A DNA stretch of 45,658 bases. It comes from Thainema sp. (GTDB lineage Bacteria; Cyanobacteriota; Cyanobacteriia; Phormidesmidales; Phormidesmidaceae). Made by a program: the position numbers and the translations under genes. Below, one piece after another: positions 18,845 to 31,910 of the stretch. Within the stretch, counting starts at the first letter, position 1. Each line of letters opens with the position of its first letter. The notes under the pieces are model-generated. The model saw only the letters and a program-made list of their open reading frames with translations. It searched no databases and was not told the origin of the DNA. The DNA is taken from positions 1 to 45,658 of the forward strand of contig JBQLZK010000061.1 in NCBI GenBank assembly GCA_052168235.1. Direction: 5' to 3'.

Positions 18845-21607
18845 ATGAAACTGCAATTCAAGCTACCCTATCAGCGATCGCCCCGAGTCTGGAAACGCCT
18901 GCCCATTCCTGCCGTCTGGACTGGTCTGATTGGCCTCTGGCTGTTCGCCATCCTGATTGACGTGATCTGGCTAAAGTGGGATCAATCTATTGCCTCCTGG
19001 GATCCGGCTGATCACTTGATCGGTTCATTGAACTACTGGTGGACATTGGTCAATTCCCGTCCCTTAGATCGTGCCTGGTGGGACGGTGTGTGGACGCTCT
19101 CGTCTAAATATCCGCCGCTGCTTTATCTCTCGACCGTTCCCTTTCGCATCATCTTTGGAACAAGTGCCGATGCGGCTGTCTTGGTCAATACGCTTTATAC
19201 CGGAATCCTGCTGGGTAGCGTTTACGGTTTAGGGCGGCATTTATTCAGTGCCCGTGTCGGTCTATGGGCGGCTGGTCTGTGTCTTCTCTTGCCGCAGTTC
19301 TATAGCCAGCGGGTACAGTATTTCATGGACTATCCGCTGGTGGCGCTAGTAGCGCTCAGCTTTTGGCTGCTCAGCCTGTGGCGAGATGCCGATCGCCGTT
19401 GGGGACAGTGGCTGATTGCGATCGCAGTTGGCCTCAGCCTAGGACTGGGGATGCTGATGAAGCAAACGGCAGTGATCTTTTTCATCGTGCCGCTGCTGTG
19501 GGTCATGGTCGCCAATTTACGTCAGCGACGATGGGAACGTCTGGGGCAAATTGGCCTCAGCTTGCTGCTGATGCTGCTCGTCATCTGGCCGTGGCTGAGT
19601 ACAAACTGGTTTTTCCAAATCAGCGCTGTCCTGAATGCCAATGTCCAGTCTGCCATTAACGAAGGCGATCCGCCGCTGCATACGCTCGGTGCCTGGACGT
19701 ATTACTGGGCGGATTTGCCGCGAGTCTTGTCTTGGCCGCTCCTGATTGTGCCGCTGGTGGGCCTCATTTTGGCGGTGCTGCCCTGGTTTCCTCAGTTTCA
19801 AGCGGCGGAGCCTGTTACTGAAAACTTTGCGGCAACCAGTCAACCAGCTCGTAAAACCCATCAAGCGACGCCAGTGAGTCGTTCTCTGCGCTGGCTGCTG
19901 GCGTTTATGGTCGGAGCCTATCTGCTGTGGTCAGCAGTTTTCAATAAAGATCCGCGCTATGTGATGCCCTACCTGTCGGGGATTGCCGTGCTACTGGCCT
20001 ATGGGTTGACGCGCTGGCCGTCGCGCTGGTCGGCAGTACGCTGGGCAACGGTCGGCTGTGCGCTGGGATTAATGCTGCTGAGCATGTTTCCCGTCGGTGG
20101 ACAGGTGGGACAGCGGGTTGAACGCTGGCTGAGTCCCCAGACAAATACGCTAGCGCAGCATGATGTCAATTGGCCCCATGCCGAAATTATTCAAGAAATC
20201 TACCAGACGCAGCCCTATCAAGTGGTCAATTTGGGCGTGCTGCCTTCATCAGCGGAAATCAATCAGCATAACCTGACCTACTACGGCAACGCCCAGAACT
20301 TCCGCGTCTACGCCCGTCGCATGGGCGACAGCAAGCGCCACCTCGATCAAGATCTGCGATCGCTACCCTGGTTTCTCAGTTGGGATCTACAGTCTGCTAA
20401 TCATCGTTCTCTCCCGTTGAAGCATAATGAGGAGTCAGCCACTCGAATACTCAGTCAAAGTCCACTGTTCCAGAAGCAGCGATCTTGGACGTTACCGGAT
20501 GGTCATCGCATAGATCTCTATCGCCATCAAACGTTTACGGTTGACGTTCAGCCTGTTGAACCGCAAGTGACTGCTTCATTAACTGTTGTTGGAAATGGCA
20601 GTGTAAGCGCCAGTGAGATTGCGAGTGCGATCGCACCTTCTCGCCTGATGAGTCCACATGCCGACCTGGATAATCATCTGGATACTCATCGCGTTCAGCT
20701 CCAGCGTTTGACCGTACCGAATCAGGCTGCACCGGGAGATCCGCTGCCGATCACGTACGAATGGATCGGCTCGTGGGGACATTTAAGTGAAGGATTGGTG
20801 CTGTTGACCTGGCAGAATACAACGTCCTCTAATCTAACCAACGTGAGTTGGATTCACGATCACGGTTTGGGATTTGGCGGCCTGCATCCCAAACCGATTC
20901 AGGCGCAGCAAACGGTGCTGGCTGCTGCCGAAATCGATCGGGATCAGATATTTAGCGTGATCGAGCGGACGGCCACCTTGCCGCCTGCCGATTTACCACC
21001 GGGACAGTATCGAATCCAAGCGAGCTACTGGAACCCCAAAACGGGCGAAACCTATGCGATTCCTACCCCAGCGACCACTGTTACCCTACGGGCTGATGCG
21101 CCCGCACTCAATGCGCCGGAACTTGACTGGGTGACGCAACTGCGGACGCTGGCCCCCAATTTGGCGCTGGGGCAGGTTGCTCTAGACCCCATTTTTGACC
21201 AGTTGGGTCGAATTAACGTGTACGACCCGATTCAACACTATCTGGTTGATGCCGAACAGACTCTGGCCTACCGGCTACAGCAGGAACCCCAAAACCTAGG
21301 CTATGCCTACGGTATGGCGCTGGCAGCTGCACTACAGCTCAAAGTCGAACCTGCGATCGCAGCGCTTGAACGAGTGGTGCAGCTTGATGCCGATAATCCC
21401 TACGCCCATGCCTATCTGGGCTTTGTAAATCTGTACGGATTTCATCCCCGTGCCGCCACTCAGGCGCTAGACGCTGCCCTCAGGCTGAAACCAGATTCCG
21501 CCGAGATTCAAGGTCTAAGTGCGATCGCGGCTCTGATGCAGGGCAATTTCGTCAGCGCCTGGCAGCATGGCAAAACTGCGCTAGAGCTGGCTCAAGTCGC
21601 ACCATAA
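18845..21607 (+). CDS. Lipid-carrier-dependent GT-C glycosyltransferase with C-terminal TPR-like repeats
   Basis: WDPADHL, KYPPLLY, DYPL, NKDPRY, many TM segments; C-terminal helical repeats (AIAALERVVQLDADNPYAHAYLGFV). Confidence 0.82.
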   Translation: MKLQFKLPYQRSPRVWKRLPIPAVWTGLIGLWLFAILIDVIWLKWDQSIASWDPADHLIGSLNYWWTLVNSRPLDRAWWDGVWTLSSKYPPLLYLSTVPFRIIFGTSADAAVLVNTLYTGILLGSVYGLGRHLFSARVGLWAAGLCLLLPQFYSQRVQYFMDYPLVALVALSFWLLSLWRDADRRWGQWLIAIAVGLSLGLGMLMKQTAVIFFIVPLLWVMVANLRQRRWERLGQIGLSLLLMLLVIWPWLSTNWFFQISAVLNANVQSAINEGDPPLHTLGAWTYYWADLPRVLSWPLLIVPLVGLILAVLPWFPQFQAAEPVTENFAATSQPARKTHQATPVSRSLRWLLAFMVGAYLLWSAVFNKDPRYVMPYLSGIAVLLAYGLTRWPSRWSAVRWATVGCALGLMLLSMFPVGGQVGQRVERWLSPQTNTLAQHDVNWPHAEIIQEIYQTQPYQVVNLGVLPSSAEINQHNLTYYGNAQNFRVYARRMGDSKRHLDQDLRSLPWFLSWDLQSANHRSLPLKHNEESATRILSQSPLFQKQRSWTLPDGHRIDLYRHQTFTVDVQPVEPQVTASLTVVGNGSVSASEIASAIAPSRLMSPHADLDNHLDTHRVQLQRLTVPNQAAPGDPLPITYEWIGSWGHLSEGLVLLTWQNTTSSNLTNVSWIHDHGLGFGGLHPKPIQAQQTVLAAAEIDRDQIFSVIERTATLPPADLPPGQYRIQASYWNPKTGETYAIPTPATTVTLRADAPALNAPELDWVTQLRTLAPNLALGQVALDPIFDQLGRINVYDPIQHYLVDAEQTLAYRLQQEPQNLGYAYGMALAAALQLKVEPAIAALERVVQLDADNPYAHAYLGFVNLYGFHPRAATQALDAALRLKPDSAEIQGLSAIAALMQGNFVSAWQHGKTALELAQVAP

Positions 21608-21613
21608 GCTGTT

Positions 21614-21703
21614 CAAGCTGTTCGAGTCAATGCTGTTCGAGTCGCTACGGTCTTATTCGATCTGGTTCGAGTCGATCTGGTTTTAATTGATCTGGTTCTA
21701 GTC
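21614..21703. repeat. Six degenerate 15-nt tandem units
   Basis: caagctgttcgagtc, aatgctgttcgagtc, gctacggtcttattc, gatctggttcgagtc, gatctggttttaatt, gatctggttctagtc. Confidence 0.75.
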
Positions 21704-22372
21704 GATATAGTCCACAACGGCCTCAGTTTGGAACCGCACCTTAGGCATCGTTGCATACTTGTCATCATCAGCCCGATAACCTAATGGGCACAGCACCACC
21801 GAGGCGTAGCCTTTAGCGGGCAAATCGAGAATTTCATCGACTTTGCTGGGATTAAACCCTTCCATCGGGCAGGTGTCAATTCCCATCAGGGCCGCATTCA
21901 TCATTAAAAATCCCAGCGCAATATAGACCTGACGAGTTGACCACGCATTAATGTCCAGCGGATAGGGTGGTTCGGCGATGAAGCCTTTAACCATATTGGC
22001 AAACTTTTGCAGGCTTTCAACCGAGGTCTGGCGAACCTCAGCCATCCGCTCAATATAGTGATCGACATCAGCCGCACCTATATCTTTTTTGATGGCCAAC
22101 ACAACTAAATGAGAGGCATCAACGACTTGGGTTTGTCCCCAGGCGTGCGGCACGATTTGCTGGCGTAGGTCTGGATTCCGCACCACAAAAAATTTCCAAG
22201 GCTGGAGCCCAAACGAGGACGGAGTGAGCACCAGGCTCTGCTCCAGAACATGCCACACATCATCCGGGATGTGCTGGTTGGGATCAAACTGCTTGGTGGC
22301 ATAGCGCCAGTTCAGCGCATCTAAAACTTGCTGAGGTGCAAGGGCAGGCGTGGTCAAGGTTAAGTTGCTCAT
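21698..22372 (-). CDS. NAD(P)H-dependent nitroreductase family oxidoreductase
   Basis: WRYATKQFD, PSSFGLQPWKF, YIALG, DTCPMEGF, LGYR, PKVR; ATG 22372 preferred. Confidence 0.92.
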   Translation of the reverse strand: MSNLTLTTPALAPQQVLDALNWRYATKQFDPNQHIPDDVWHVLEQSLVLTPSSFGLQPWKFFVVRNPDLRQQIVPHAWGQTQVVDASHLVVLAIKKDIGAADVDHYIERMAEVRQTSVESLQKFANMVKGFIAEPPYPLDINAWSTRQVYIALGFLMMNAALMGIDTCPMEGFNPSKVDEILDLPAKGYASVVLCPLGYRADDDKYATMPKVRFQTEAVVDYID

Positions 22373-22682
22373 AGTTGCTGAATCGACGCTAGAGGTGTAC
22401 AAACGTTGGTTTACAAACGTTAATATTATTCACTCTAGCTCGTTTTCTGAAGCCAAGACTGTGCCCTGCGTTGCTTGGAAACACGTCTATGACTAGCATT
22501 GATAGAACAGGATTAGAAATTTGACCCATCCGGATTGGGTCTAGATGCAAATGAAGAGTAACGAGTAGCCATTGGCCAAAGATTCTTCACTGCAAGTCAA
22601 AACGGCATGTTATCACTAGACTGATATCGTGCGAGACTGCACGTTCAATTGGCCGCTAGGCCAAATGCTGAGGTTAGGGATT

Positions 22683-23621
22683 ATGAATCAGCCGGAATCG
22701 GTTGCGCGGGAACTAGAAATTGCCCAACATGCGATCGCAGTTCAAAATAAGCTCATCCATAGCCTAGAAACAGTAGAAACAACAGTATCCGGGCCGCTGA
22801 TGCTGAAGTCAATGCTGCTACAAATTGTGCAGCAGACAAATCAGTTAACGGGTGCGGAGGAAAGCAGCATTTTTATCCTGGATGAGCATGGACAGGTGAT
22901 TGAGAGCATTCTGGCGCGGGGAGCTGTGCTGCGTGAACAGCGCAACACCCTGATTGGCGAAGTGCTGAAACAGGGATTAGCCGGATGGGTAATGCAGCAT
23001 CAAAAGGTCGGTTTAATTGACGATACAGAAACCGATGAGCGCTGGGTTAATCTGCCCGGCCAGCCCTACACCACCCGCTCAGCCCTGTGTTTGCCGCTAA
23101 TGAAAGGCCGACAGATTTTAGGCGTACTGACGCTGACCCACTCGCAACCGCGCCATTTCAATACGCTGGCCAACAAGTACTTTGCCCACCTGATGCCGAT
23201 GGGCCTAGCGCTCGTGATCAATAGCGCACTCTTGCAGATGAAGCAGCAGCCTGCTCGCCACCAAGAACCCCCGATTCCAACTCCGACACCTGCCGCCCCT
23301 GCCGAGCTAGAGGCGACTGGCATTTACATTCTGCTGCCCAACTATTCATTTCAGTATGCCAATCCTCGCTTTCTAGAAATTTTTGAGTATGAACTGCCGG
23401 AACTGGTATCGCTAGAATCCGTACTGGATCTGTTTGTGCGGGCGGATCAAAAGCGTGTAGAAGGCGAACTAGAGCGCTGCTTTGATGGCCAACAGCGCTG
23501 GTTCGGGTTTAAGTGTAAAGGCGTAGAAAAAACGGGGCGTGAGATCCCACTGTTTCTAGAAGGCAGTTTAACCAAGCTGTATGGCAAGTCAGTGATTGTG
23601 GGAGCGTTACGAAGGCTATAG
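22683..23621 (+). CDS. GAF + PAS sensor protein without recognisable output domain
   Basis: GAF (GLAGWV, DTETDERW, SALCLPL, GVLTLTHSQPRHF), Pro-rich linker, PAS-like (YANPRFLEIFEY...GVEKTG); ORF open from 22629. Confidence 0.8.
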   Translation: MNQPESVARELEIAQHAIAVQNKLIHSLETVETTVSGPLMLKSMLLQIVQQTNQLTGAEESSIFILDEHGQVIESILARGAVLREQRNTLIGEVLKQGLAGWVMQHQKVGLIDDTETDERWVNLPGQPYTTRSALCLPLMKGRQILGVLTLTHSQPRHFNTLANKYFAHLMPMGLALVINSALLQMKQQPARHQEPPIPTPTPAAPAELEATGIYILLPNYSFQYANPRFLEIFEYELPELVSLESVLDLFVRADQKRVEGELERCFDGQQRWFGFKCKGVEKTGREIPLFLEGSLTKLYGKSVIVGALRRL

Positions 23622-23664
23622 CGGTAGCCTTTACGAGATTGGTGGAGACAGTTATGAAATTCAG

Positions 23665-23710
23665 CGTTAGAACGTTCCAACGTTTAAACGTTCTAACGTT
23701 CCAACATTTT
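23665..23710. repeat. Octamer tandem repeat (aacgttNN) able to form a hairpin between convergent genes
   Basis: aacgttcc aacgttta aacgttct aacgttcc aacatttt; cgttagaacgtt / aacgttctaacg. Confidence 0.7.
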
Positions 23711-23740
23711 CAGAGTTACTCAATCTCCTAACTGATGTGG

Positions 23741-24655
23741 CTACTGCTGTAATTGTTCAATCATCTGCCAAGCCAGTTTTGCTGCACCAGCCATTCCAGC
23801 CTGATTTCCCAACTGTGCCGTTAAGAGCTGCAGTCCATCCCGCGAACTTGGCAGAACTCGCCGCTCAATTTCTGCCAGGACAGACGGAAAGAATAGATGT
23901 GCTCCTGCACTCACGCCACCCCCAATTACCACGGCTTCTGGCGTTAAGACATAAATTAGGCTAGCTAGTCCAGCTCCCAGTCTTTTACCGTAGGTTTGCC
24001 AAAATGCGATCGCATCTGCATTTCCAGCATCGGCTTTGGCGGCTAAATCCTTCGGTTCTAAACCCGTTTCCCGCCGAATTGCCTGCACCGATGCATACTG
24101 CTCTAGCGATCCCTGGTTGCCGCTGTTGCAAGGTGGCCCATCGGGAATCAGTGTAATCAAACCCAATTCTCCAGCGGTGCCCTGCTGACCAACAAACAGC
24201 TTGCCATCGAGAATAATCGCCCCACCCACGCCCGTGCCCAGGGTCAACAGAATCATGTCCTGAAATGCCTGTCCCGCCCCCAGCCACGCTTCACCCAATC
24301 CAGCACAGTTGGCATCATTGGCAATAATCGTCGGTCGCCCTGTCGCTGCTTCCAACCAGTCGGCCACGGGCACATCCTGCCAGTCCTGAAGATTAATTGC
24401 CACTCGCGCTACCCGTCCCGCTGCGTCGGCTGGCCCTGGTGTACCCATGCCAATTGCGATCGCAGTTTGATCAGGGTCTAGTTGCTCAATGGCCTGGCTG
24501 ATAGCGGTTAATACAGCTGCCGGTGTAGCGGGTTGTGGTGTGGGGATGGTTTGCGATCGCAGGCAGTGCCCAGTGTAATCAAAGCACCCTAACTTGATGG
24601 CCGTTCCACCTAAATCAATTCCAATCACCTGTGCTTGTGCTACGTCCTGTGCCAT
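23741..24655 (-). CDS. ROK family sugar kinase
   Basis: IGIDLGGT, ANDANCAGLGE, LTLGTGVGG, AGELG, CNSGNQGSLEQY; no N-terminal HTH. Confidence 0.92.
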   Translation of the reverse strand: MAQDVAQAQVIGIDLGGTAIKLGCFDYTGHCLRSQTIPTPQPATPAAVLTAISQAIEQLDPDQTAIAIGMGTPGPADAAGRVARVAINLQDWQDVPVADWLEAATGRPTIIANDANCAGLGEAWLGAGQAFQDMILLTLGTGVGGAIILDGKLFVGQQGTAGELGLITLIPDGPPCNSGNQGSLEQYASVQAIRRETGLEPKDLAAKADAGNADAIAFWQTYGKRLGAGLASLIYVLTPEAVVIGGGVSAGAHLFFPSVLAEIERRVLPSSRDGLQLLTAQLGNQAGMAGAAKLAWQMIEQLQQ

Positions 24656-24827
24656 CGCATTCCCAGCCAGTCAATATCTAACAAATTGTTCTCATGCAGC
24701 ATTCTATGCCACTTTGTTCACAGTCTTGTGTTTGTGCCAGTTTGATCAACAAGCGGTACAGATGGTTAATCTTGAGTGCTGAGTGCCGAGTGAGCCATAA
24801 ACAGCTTTGACATCAGGGCCTAAAGCG

Positions 24828-24863
24828 AGAGCGGCGTTTCAAAATCAGTTGAAACGCCGCTCT
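24828..24863 (-). terminator. Hairpin downstream of katG
   Basis: Perfect 15-bp arms agagcggcgtttcaa / aatcag / ttgaaacgccgctct. Confidence 0.7.
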
Positions 24864-24931
24864 TCTGGTTTTTGGGTTCGCAAGGTGCAGGATATGAGGC
24901 TTAAAGAGCCTCGCAGACCTTTGCCCTGAGC

Positions 24932-27884
<2,953 letters not shown>

Positions 27885-28472
27885 TTGTCCGGCTCCTTAC
27901 TCGCATTCAGCATTAGTTGGATCCTTCTTAATTGCGAGATTGATGAGTAGAAACACTTCCTATGGACAACAGTGACCTGTCCTCACACCTTCAATAACGA
28001 TTGCCACATCGATTAAGACATTAGGAATTTTGAGAATGCTGAAATGGTTAAACGTTAGATTTTGTGGATGTCTCAACCTAGATAGCGACAGCTATAAAAG
28101 AATCGTTACAGCTCACCACAGTCAAACAACTGTCATTTAAAAACGATGACTCGTTAGTCACCAACTTGCGCATTGTGTGAGCACAGATGGTCAAAACTAA
28201 TTGAGTCGCCCTAGCAAATCTGAGGGATTACCAAGCAATTAATTAGGCTCAGGAACTCAAAACGCATTAAGTCATACTCACTACGAGTTGTATACCCAAG
28301 CTTAATCAATCAAGTCTCTCTTGTGGGCCAAAAATGAAAGTGCTTTGCAACACTTAATATCTCTACAAACCTCTACAAAATGAAATCTGTCTGCCGTTGT
28401 CTACAGGTTTCATAACTTAACAAAAGAATATGCGATCGCACTTAACGCTCGATAAGCTGCGCTTAAATTTCT

Positions 28473-30245
28473 TCATGACTCTTCATGACAGTGATAGAGC
28501 TGATAGCGATAGCCATAGATGATTTTGGGTGGTGCATCGTCTAGTGCACAGTATTCGTCGATCTCTGTGGGAGCATCGAAGTTCACTAACCAAAAATCGT
28601 TTGGTTCTGCCAAACGGGTCACTGTTGATTTCAGCACGTCAGTTGCCTGACAGTTCTCTTCACAGGGCAGGGCATCCTCATGGGCCAGCAGAAAACGGGG
28701 TTCAACGTCGGTTGCTGCCGATTCTGCTTCGATTTGCCAAGCAACACCCATCATTTCGCCGATGTGAACCAGAGTAGATTGCGTCGTTGCAATCACGACG
28801 GGTGCATTAGAAAGCTGCTGAATTTGGCTAATTAACTGCTCTGGACGGTAGTACTTGCGGTAGCCCAGGTTGTTGCTGACGGTTAATCCTCCGGCTAGAC
28901 CGACCAGCCACAGCGCGATCACGGCATACTTGCCATAGCCTCGCAGAATGGGGGTTGCGATCGCAGTCCACTTGCCTGCATTAGCGGCATCGGGTTTGTG
29001 GCCTGCTCGCGTTACCCACGGTGCAGAACGCCGCCAGCAGGCGGCCAAACTACAGGCTAACAGCGCGATAACGCCCGGAAAATAGACAAAGCTGTAGCGG
29101 GCTCCCCGCGTCAGATCTGCGCCAAAGCCATAGGTGATGATAAAAAACAGCGCGATCGCACCGACAACGAAACCTGTGAATCCTTTTAAAACCGTTTGTT
29201 CTGGCAGACTCTGCCACTGCTGTCGGAATCCGCGCCACAGCAGCGGTAGCATCCACAGAAAGACAACAATCATCGCGGCCCCGGCTGCGATCGCAACTGG
29301 CAGGTTAGACGATTCGACTGGCAGCAGCAGCACCATCGTCACCCAAGCTGCGGCTGCTTGAAACAGGGGATTGATCAGGCTGAGCAGGTTAAAGCCATCG
29401 TCCGACTGAATCCACTGGGTAATCTCGCGGCTGCGAATCGTCAGCCACAGTGGAATCCAAACGGCAATGCCCGCCGCTGTACCCGCCATCGCCAGATAAA
29501 TTCGTGGCCAGGGGGGACTCAGCCACTGATTCACCGTTCGGCCATTGCGGACAACCCCAATGACTATCAGAGCAATTGTCTCTGCGACCAAGGTCAGTAA
29601 AAAGAAAAAGTGAGTGGCTACGCCCAGGCTGTTCACCACAATCCAAGATAGGACTGTCAGCCAAGGCAGCGATCGCTGACGCTGAATCCAGCGCAGAGCA
29701 ATGCCCAAACAGGTCAATGATGCAGTTACCCACACAATACTCAGCGTGTAGTGACGGGCTTCTTGAGCCAGATAGACGCCATAGGGCGACACGGCCATGA
29801 ATGCGGCGGCGAGGTGAGCAATGATTTGCGATCGCAGCGTCACCAACCCTAACCCGTAGATTGCTGGAATCGAGAGAACACCTAGTAACGCAGGCAGCGC
29901 CCGCGCTCCCCACAGCGACACCAAACCCGACTCAGTGGAAAACAACTGGAGCCAGAGATGGGCTAGACCAAAGTAAAACGGCGGATGGACATCCTCACTC
30001 AGCAGGTAGCGCGTCACGTCTGACAAACGAGATGAGTCAACCTGTAAGGGGGCGAGCAGTTGATCCGTCGTGATTATCTGGTCAAGGGGAACCGTTTCAA
30101 AACTGTGGCCCAAGCTAAACACCAACGTGGCAAACTCATCAGTCCAAGGTGCTTTCGCGGCCAAGTTTGCAAATCTGAGGGCGGTGCCAATGGCCACCCA
30201 CGCCAACAACAACGCTAGCTGAAATAAATGATGATTCCACCGCAT
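28473..30245 (-). CDS. Membrane GT-C (GT39/PMT-like) glycosyltransferase, paralogue of 17038-18831
   Basis: PWTDEFATLVFSLGHSF, DVHPPFYF, SPYGVYLAQEARHY, RYSFVYFP. Confidence 0.85.
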   Translation of the reverse strand: MRWNHHLFQLALLLAWVAIGTALRFANLAAKAPWTDEFATLVFSLGHSFETVPLDQIITTDQLLAPLQVDSSRLSDVTRYLLSEDVHPPFYFGLAHLWLQLFSTESGLVSLWGARALPALLGVLSIPAIYGLGLVTLRSQIIAHLAAAFMAVSPYGVYLAQEARHYTLSIVWVTASLTCLGIALRWIQRQRSLPWLTVLSWIVVNSLGVATHFFFLLTLVAETIALIVIGVVRNGRTVNQWLSPPWPRIYLAMAGTAAGIAVWIPLWLTIRSREITQWIQSDDGFNLLSLINPLFQAAAAWVTMVLLLPVESSNLPVAIAAGAAMIVVFLWMLPLLWRGFRQQWQSLPEQTVLKGFTGFVVGAIALFFIITYGFGADLTRGARYSFVYFPGVIALLACSLAACWRRSAPWVTRAGHKPDAANAGKWTAIATPILRGYGKYAVIALWLVGLAGGLTVSNNLGYRKYYRPEQLISQIQQLSNAPVVIATTQSTLVHIGEMMGVAWQIEAESAATDVEPRFLLAHEDALPCEENCQATDVLKSTVTRLAEPNDFWLVNFDAPTEIDEYCALDDAPPKIIYGYRYQLYHCHEES

Positions 30246-30684
30246 CCAATCAGGCCAATCCTATACAGACTGAGAATAAATATTATTCAAGGGTAGTGGA
30301 ATAAAACACTCTCAACCAAATCGTGATCAGAATCGTGATCCAGTATTGCGCTTATTGCGCTCGAAATCCTGATCTGCGATCGCAGTGCGACCGACGACGA
30401 TGCGTTAGCAGTCGGCCAACTTTATTGGGTTGGGTTCTGATGGTTGATTTGTCGCGCCTAGCATGACACATCAATCATCAGGCCTCACAACCATCAGGCC
30501 TTAGAACTTGTTGGGCATAACGAGAGTTTAAGTCGTCGGACACTGCATAAAAGGCGTTGCTGAGCATAATTCCTACCCGTAGGCATGTGCATCTTCTGAC
30601 TAATGGCTCAGCAATCTGAATCCCACTTCGTTACAATAATTCACACAACATTAATCTGCATTGTTAACAAGCCAAGTAAGTTCC

Positions 30685-31743
30685 ATGCCTGACACACTAA
30701 CTAAGCTTGCCTATCAAACCTTTCAACAAGGCAAGAGTGTATTTAGCATTACACACAAATCAATCAGCGATCGCCTGTGGGAATTGTTTTACCCTGAGCG
30801 GAGTAAGGGAACTCCCCTAACTTCAAAGGCTCTATCGTTGCTTCAAAGCCGCTATCAGCAACTAATGGAAGCCGACTGGCGTGATGCGGAACGCGGCATT
30901 TACCCAGTTAACCTCCTGTTTGATAATCCCTGGAAAGACTTTTTCGTCTACTATCCAGTTTTGGTGTCCGATATGCCCCAAACCTGGGATCGGATGAGTA
31001 ATCAGCAGTATCAGGTTCTACCTAAAGATGTGCCAACTGAGGGCTATCCCAAGTATTACCTGCGGAATTTCCATCACCAGACCGATGGATATCTCAGTGA
31101 TTACTCAGCCAATCTGTATGACCTCCAGGTTGAACTGCTCTTTGGTGGCTCTGCCGACCCAATGCGGCGGCGCATTTTGGCTCCGCTGAAGCAGGGGCTA
31201 CAGCAGTTCAGTGATGTGCCAGCCCATCAGCAGAAAGTCCTTGATGTTGCCTGCGGCACAGGCCGGACGCTGCGGATGCTCCGCAGTATGTTGCCGCAAG
31301 CATCTCTATATGGCACTGACTTGTCGGCGGCCTATCTCCGAAAAGCGAATCAGCAGCTTTCTGAGCTTTCTAATGAACTGCCTCAGATCGTCTGCGCCAA
31401 TGCTGAGCGGCTACCGTTCTTGGACAACTATTTTCACGGCATCACCTGCGTGTTTCTGTTCCACGAACTGCCGCCTCAAGCCCGTCAAAACGTGATTGAA
31501 GAAGCTTTCCGCGTTGTCCAACCTGGAGGCACGTTTGTCATTTGTGACTCCATTCAAACGGATGATTCACCAGAACTAGTGACGGCAATGGAAAACTTTC
31601 CGGCCATTTTCCACGAGCCTTATTATGCCAATTATGTGCAAGATGATTTGACAGACCGCTTAACCAAAGTTGGCTTTGTCAATATCTCTACAGAAACCCA
31701 TTTGTTGAGCAAGTATTGGATTGCTCACAAGCCAAATGTTTAA
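30685..31743 (+). CDS. Class I SAM-dependent methyltransferase (UbiE-like domain, conserved cyanobacterial type)
   Basis: YPKYYLRNFHHQTDGYLS, VLDVACGTG, TDLS, VFLFHELP, PGG; ATG 30685 preferred. Confidence 0.9.
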   Translation: MPDTLTKLAYQTFQQGKSVFSITHKSISDRLWELFYPERSKGTPLTSKALSLLQSRYQQLMEADWRDAERGIYPVNLLFDNPWKDFFVYYPVLVSDMPQTWDRMSNQQYQVLPKDVPTEGYPKYYLRNFHHQTDGYLSDYSANLYDLQVELLFGGSADPMRRRILAPLKQGLQQFSDVPAHQQKVLDVACGTGRTLRMLRSMLPQASLYGTDLSAAYLRKANQQLSELSNELPQIVCANAERLPFLDNYFHGITCVFLFHELPPQARQNVIEEAFRVVQPGGTFVICDSIQTDDSPELVTAMENFPAIFHEPYYANYVQDDLTDRLTKVGFVNISTETHLLSKYWIAHKPNV

Positions 31744-31753
31744 TAAAAGAACT

Positions 31754-31808
31754 CAATTTAGTTTTTGTGAGAGTCAAATAAAGTCTGACTTTCACAAAAA
31801 CTAAATTG
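31754..31808. terminator. Long hairpin between convergent genes
   Basis: 23-bp arms caatttagtttttgtgagagtca / tgactttcacaaaaactaaattg with one G-T pair; a second imperfect hairpin lies at ~31847-31885. Confidence 0.7.
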
Positions 31809-31910
31809 GCTCTGAATCAGTAGGTTTCGTATTAGTAAAAGTGAAAGGCAATGCTGCCGCCGATCGCGGCGACAACATTGCTTTTGGGTTTTTGAAATGA
31901 GTTTTTGTGG

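Noticed and set aside
27885..28472. PerR/Fur box or sRNA upstream of prx-katG
   Set aside because: Long AT-rich spacer, but I could not identify a convincing palindrome or structured RNA by eye.
30630..30647. HLR1-like gttacaat-aa-ttcacaca upstream of the methyltransferase
   Set aside because: One good half-site and one degenerate half-site; could be chance in AT-rich promoter DNA.
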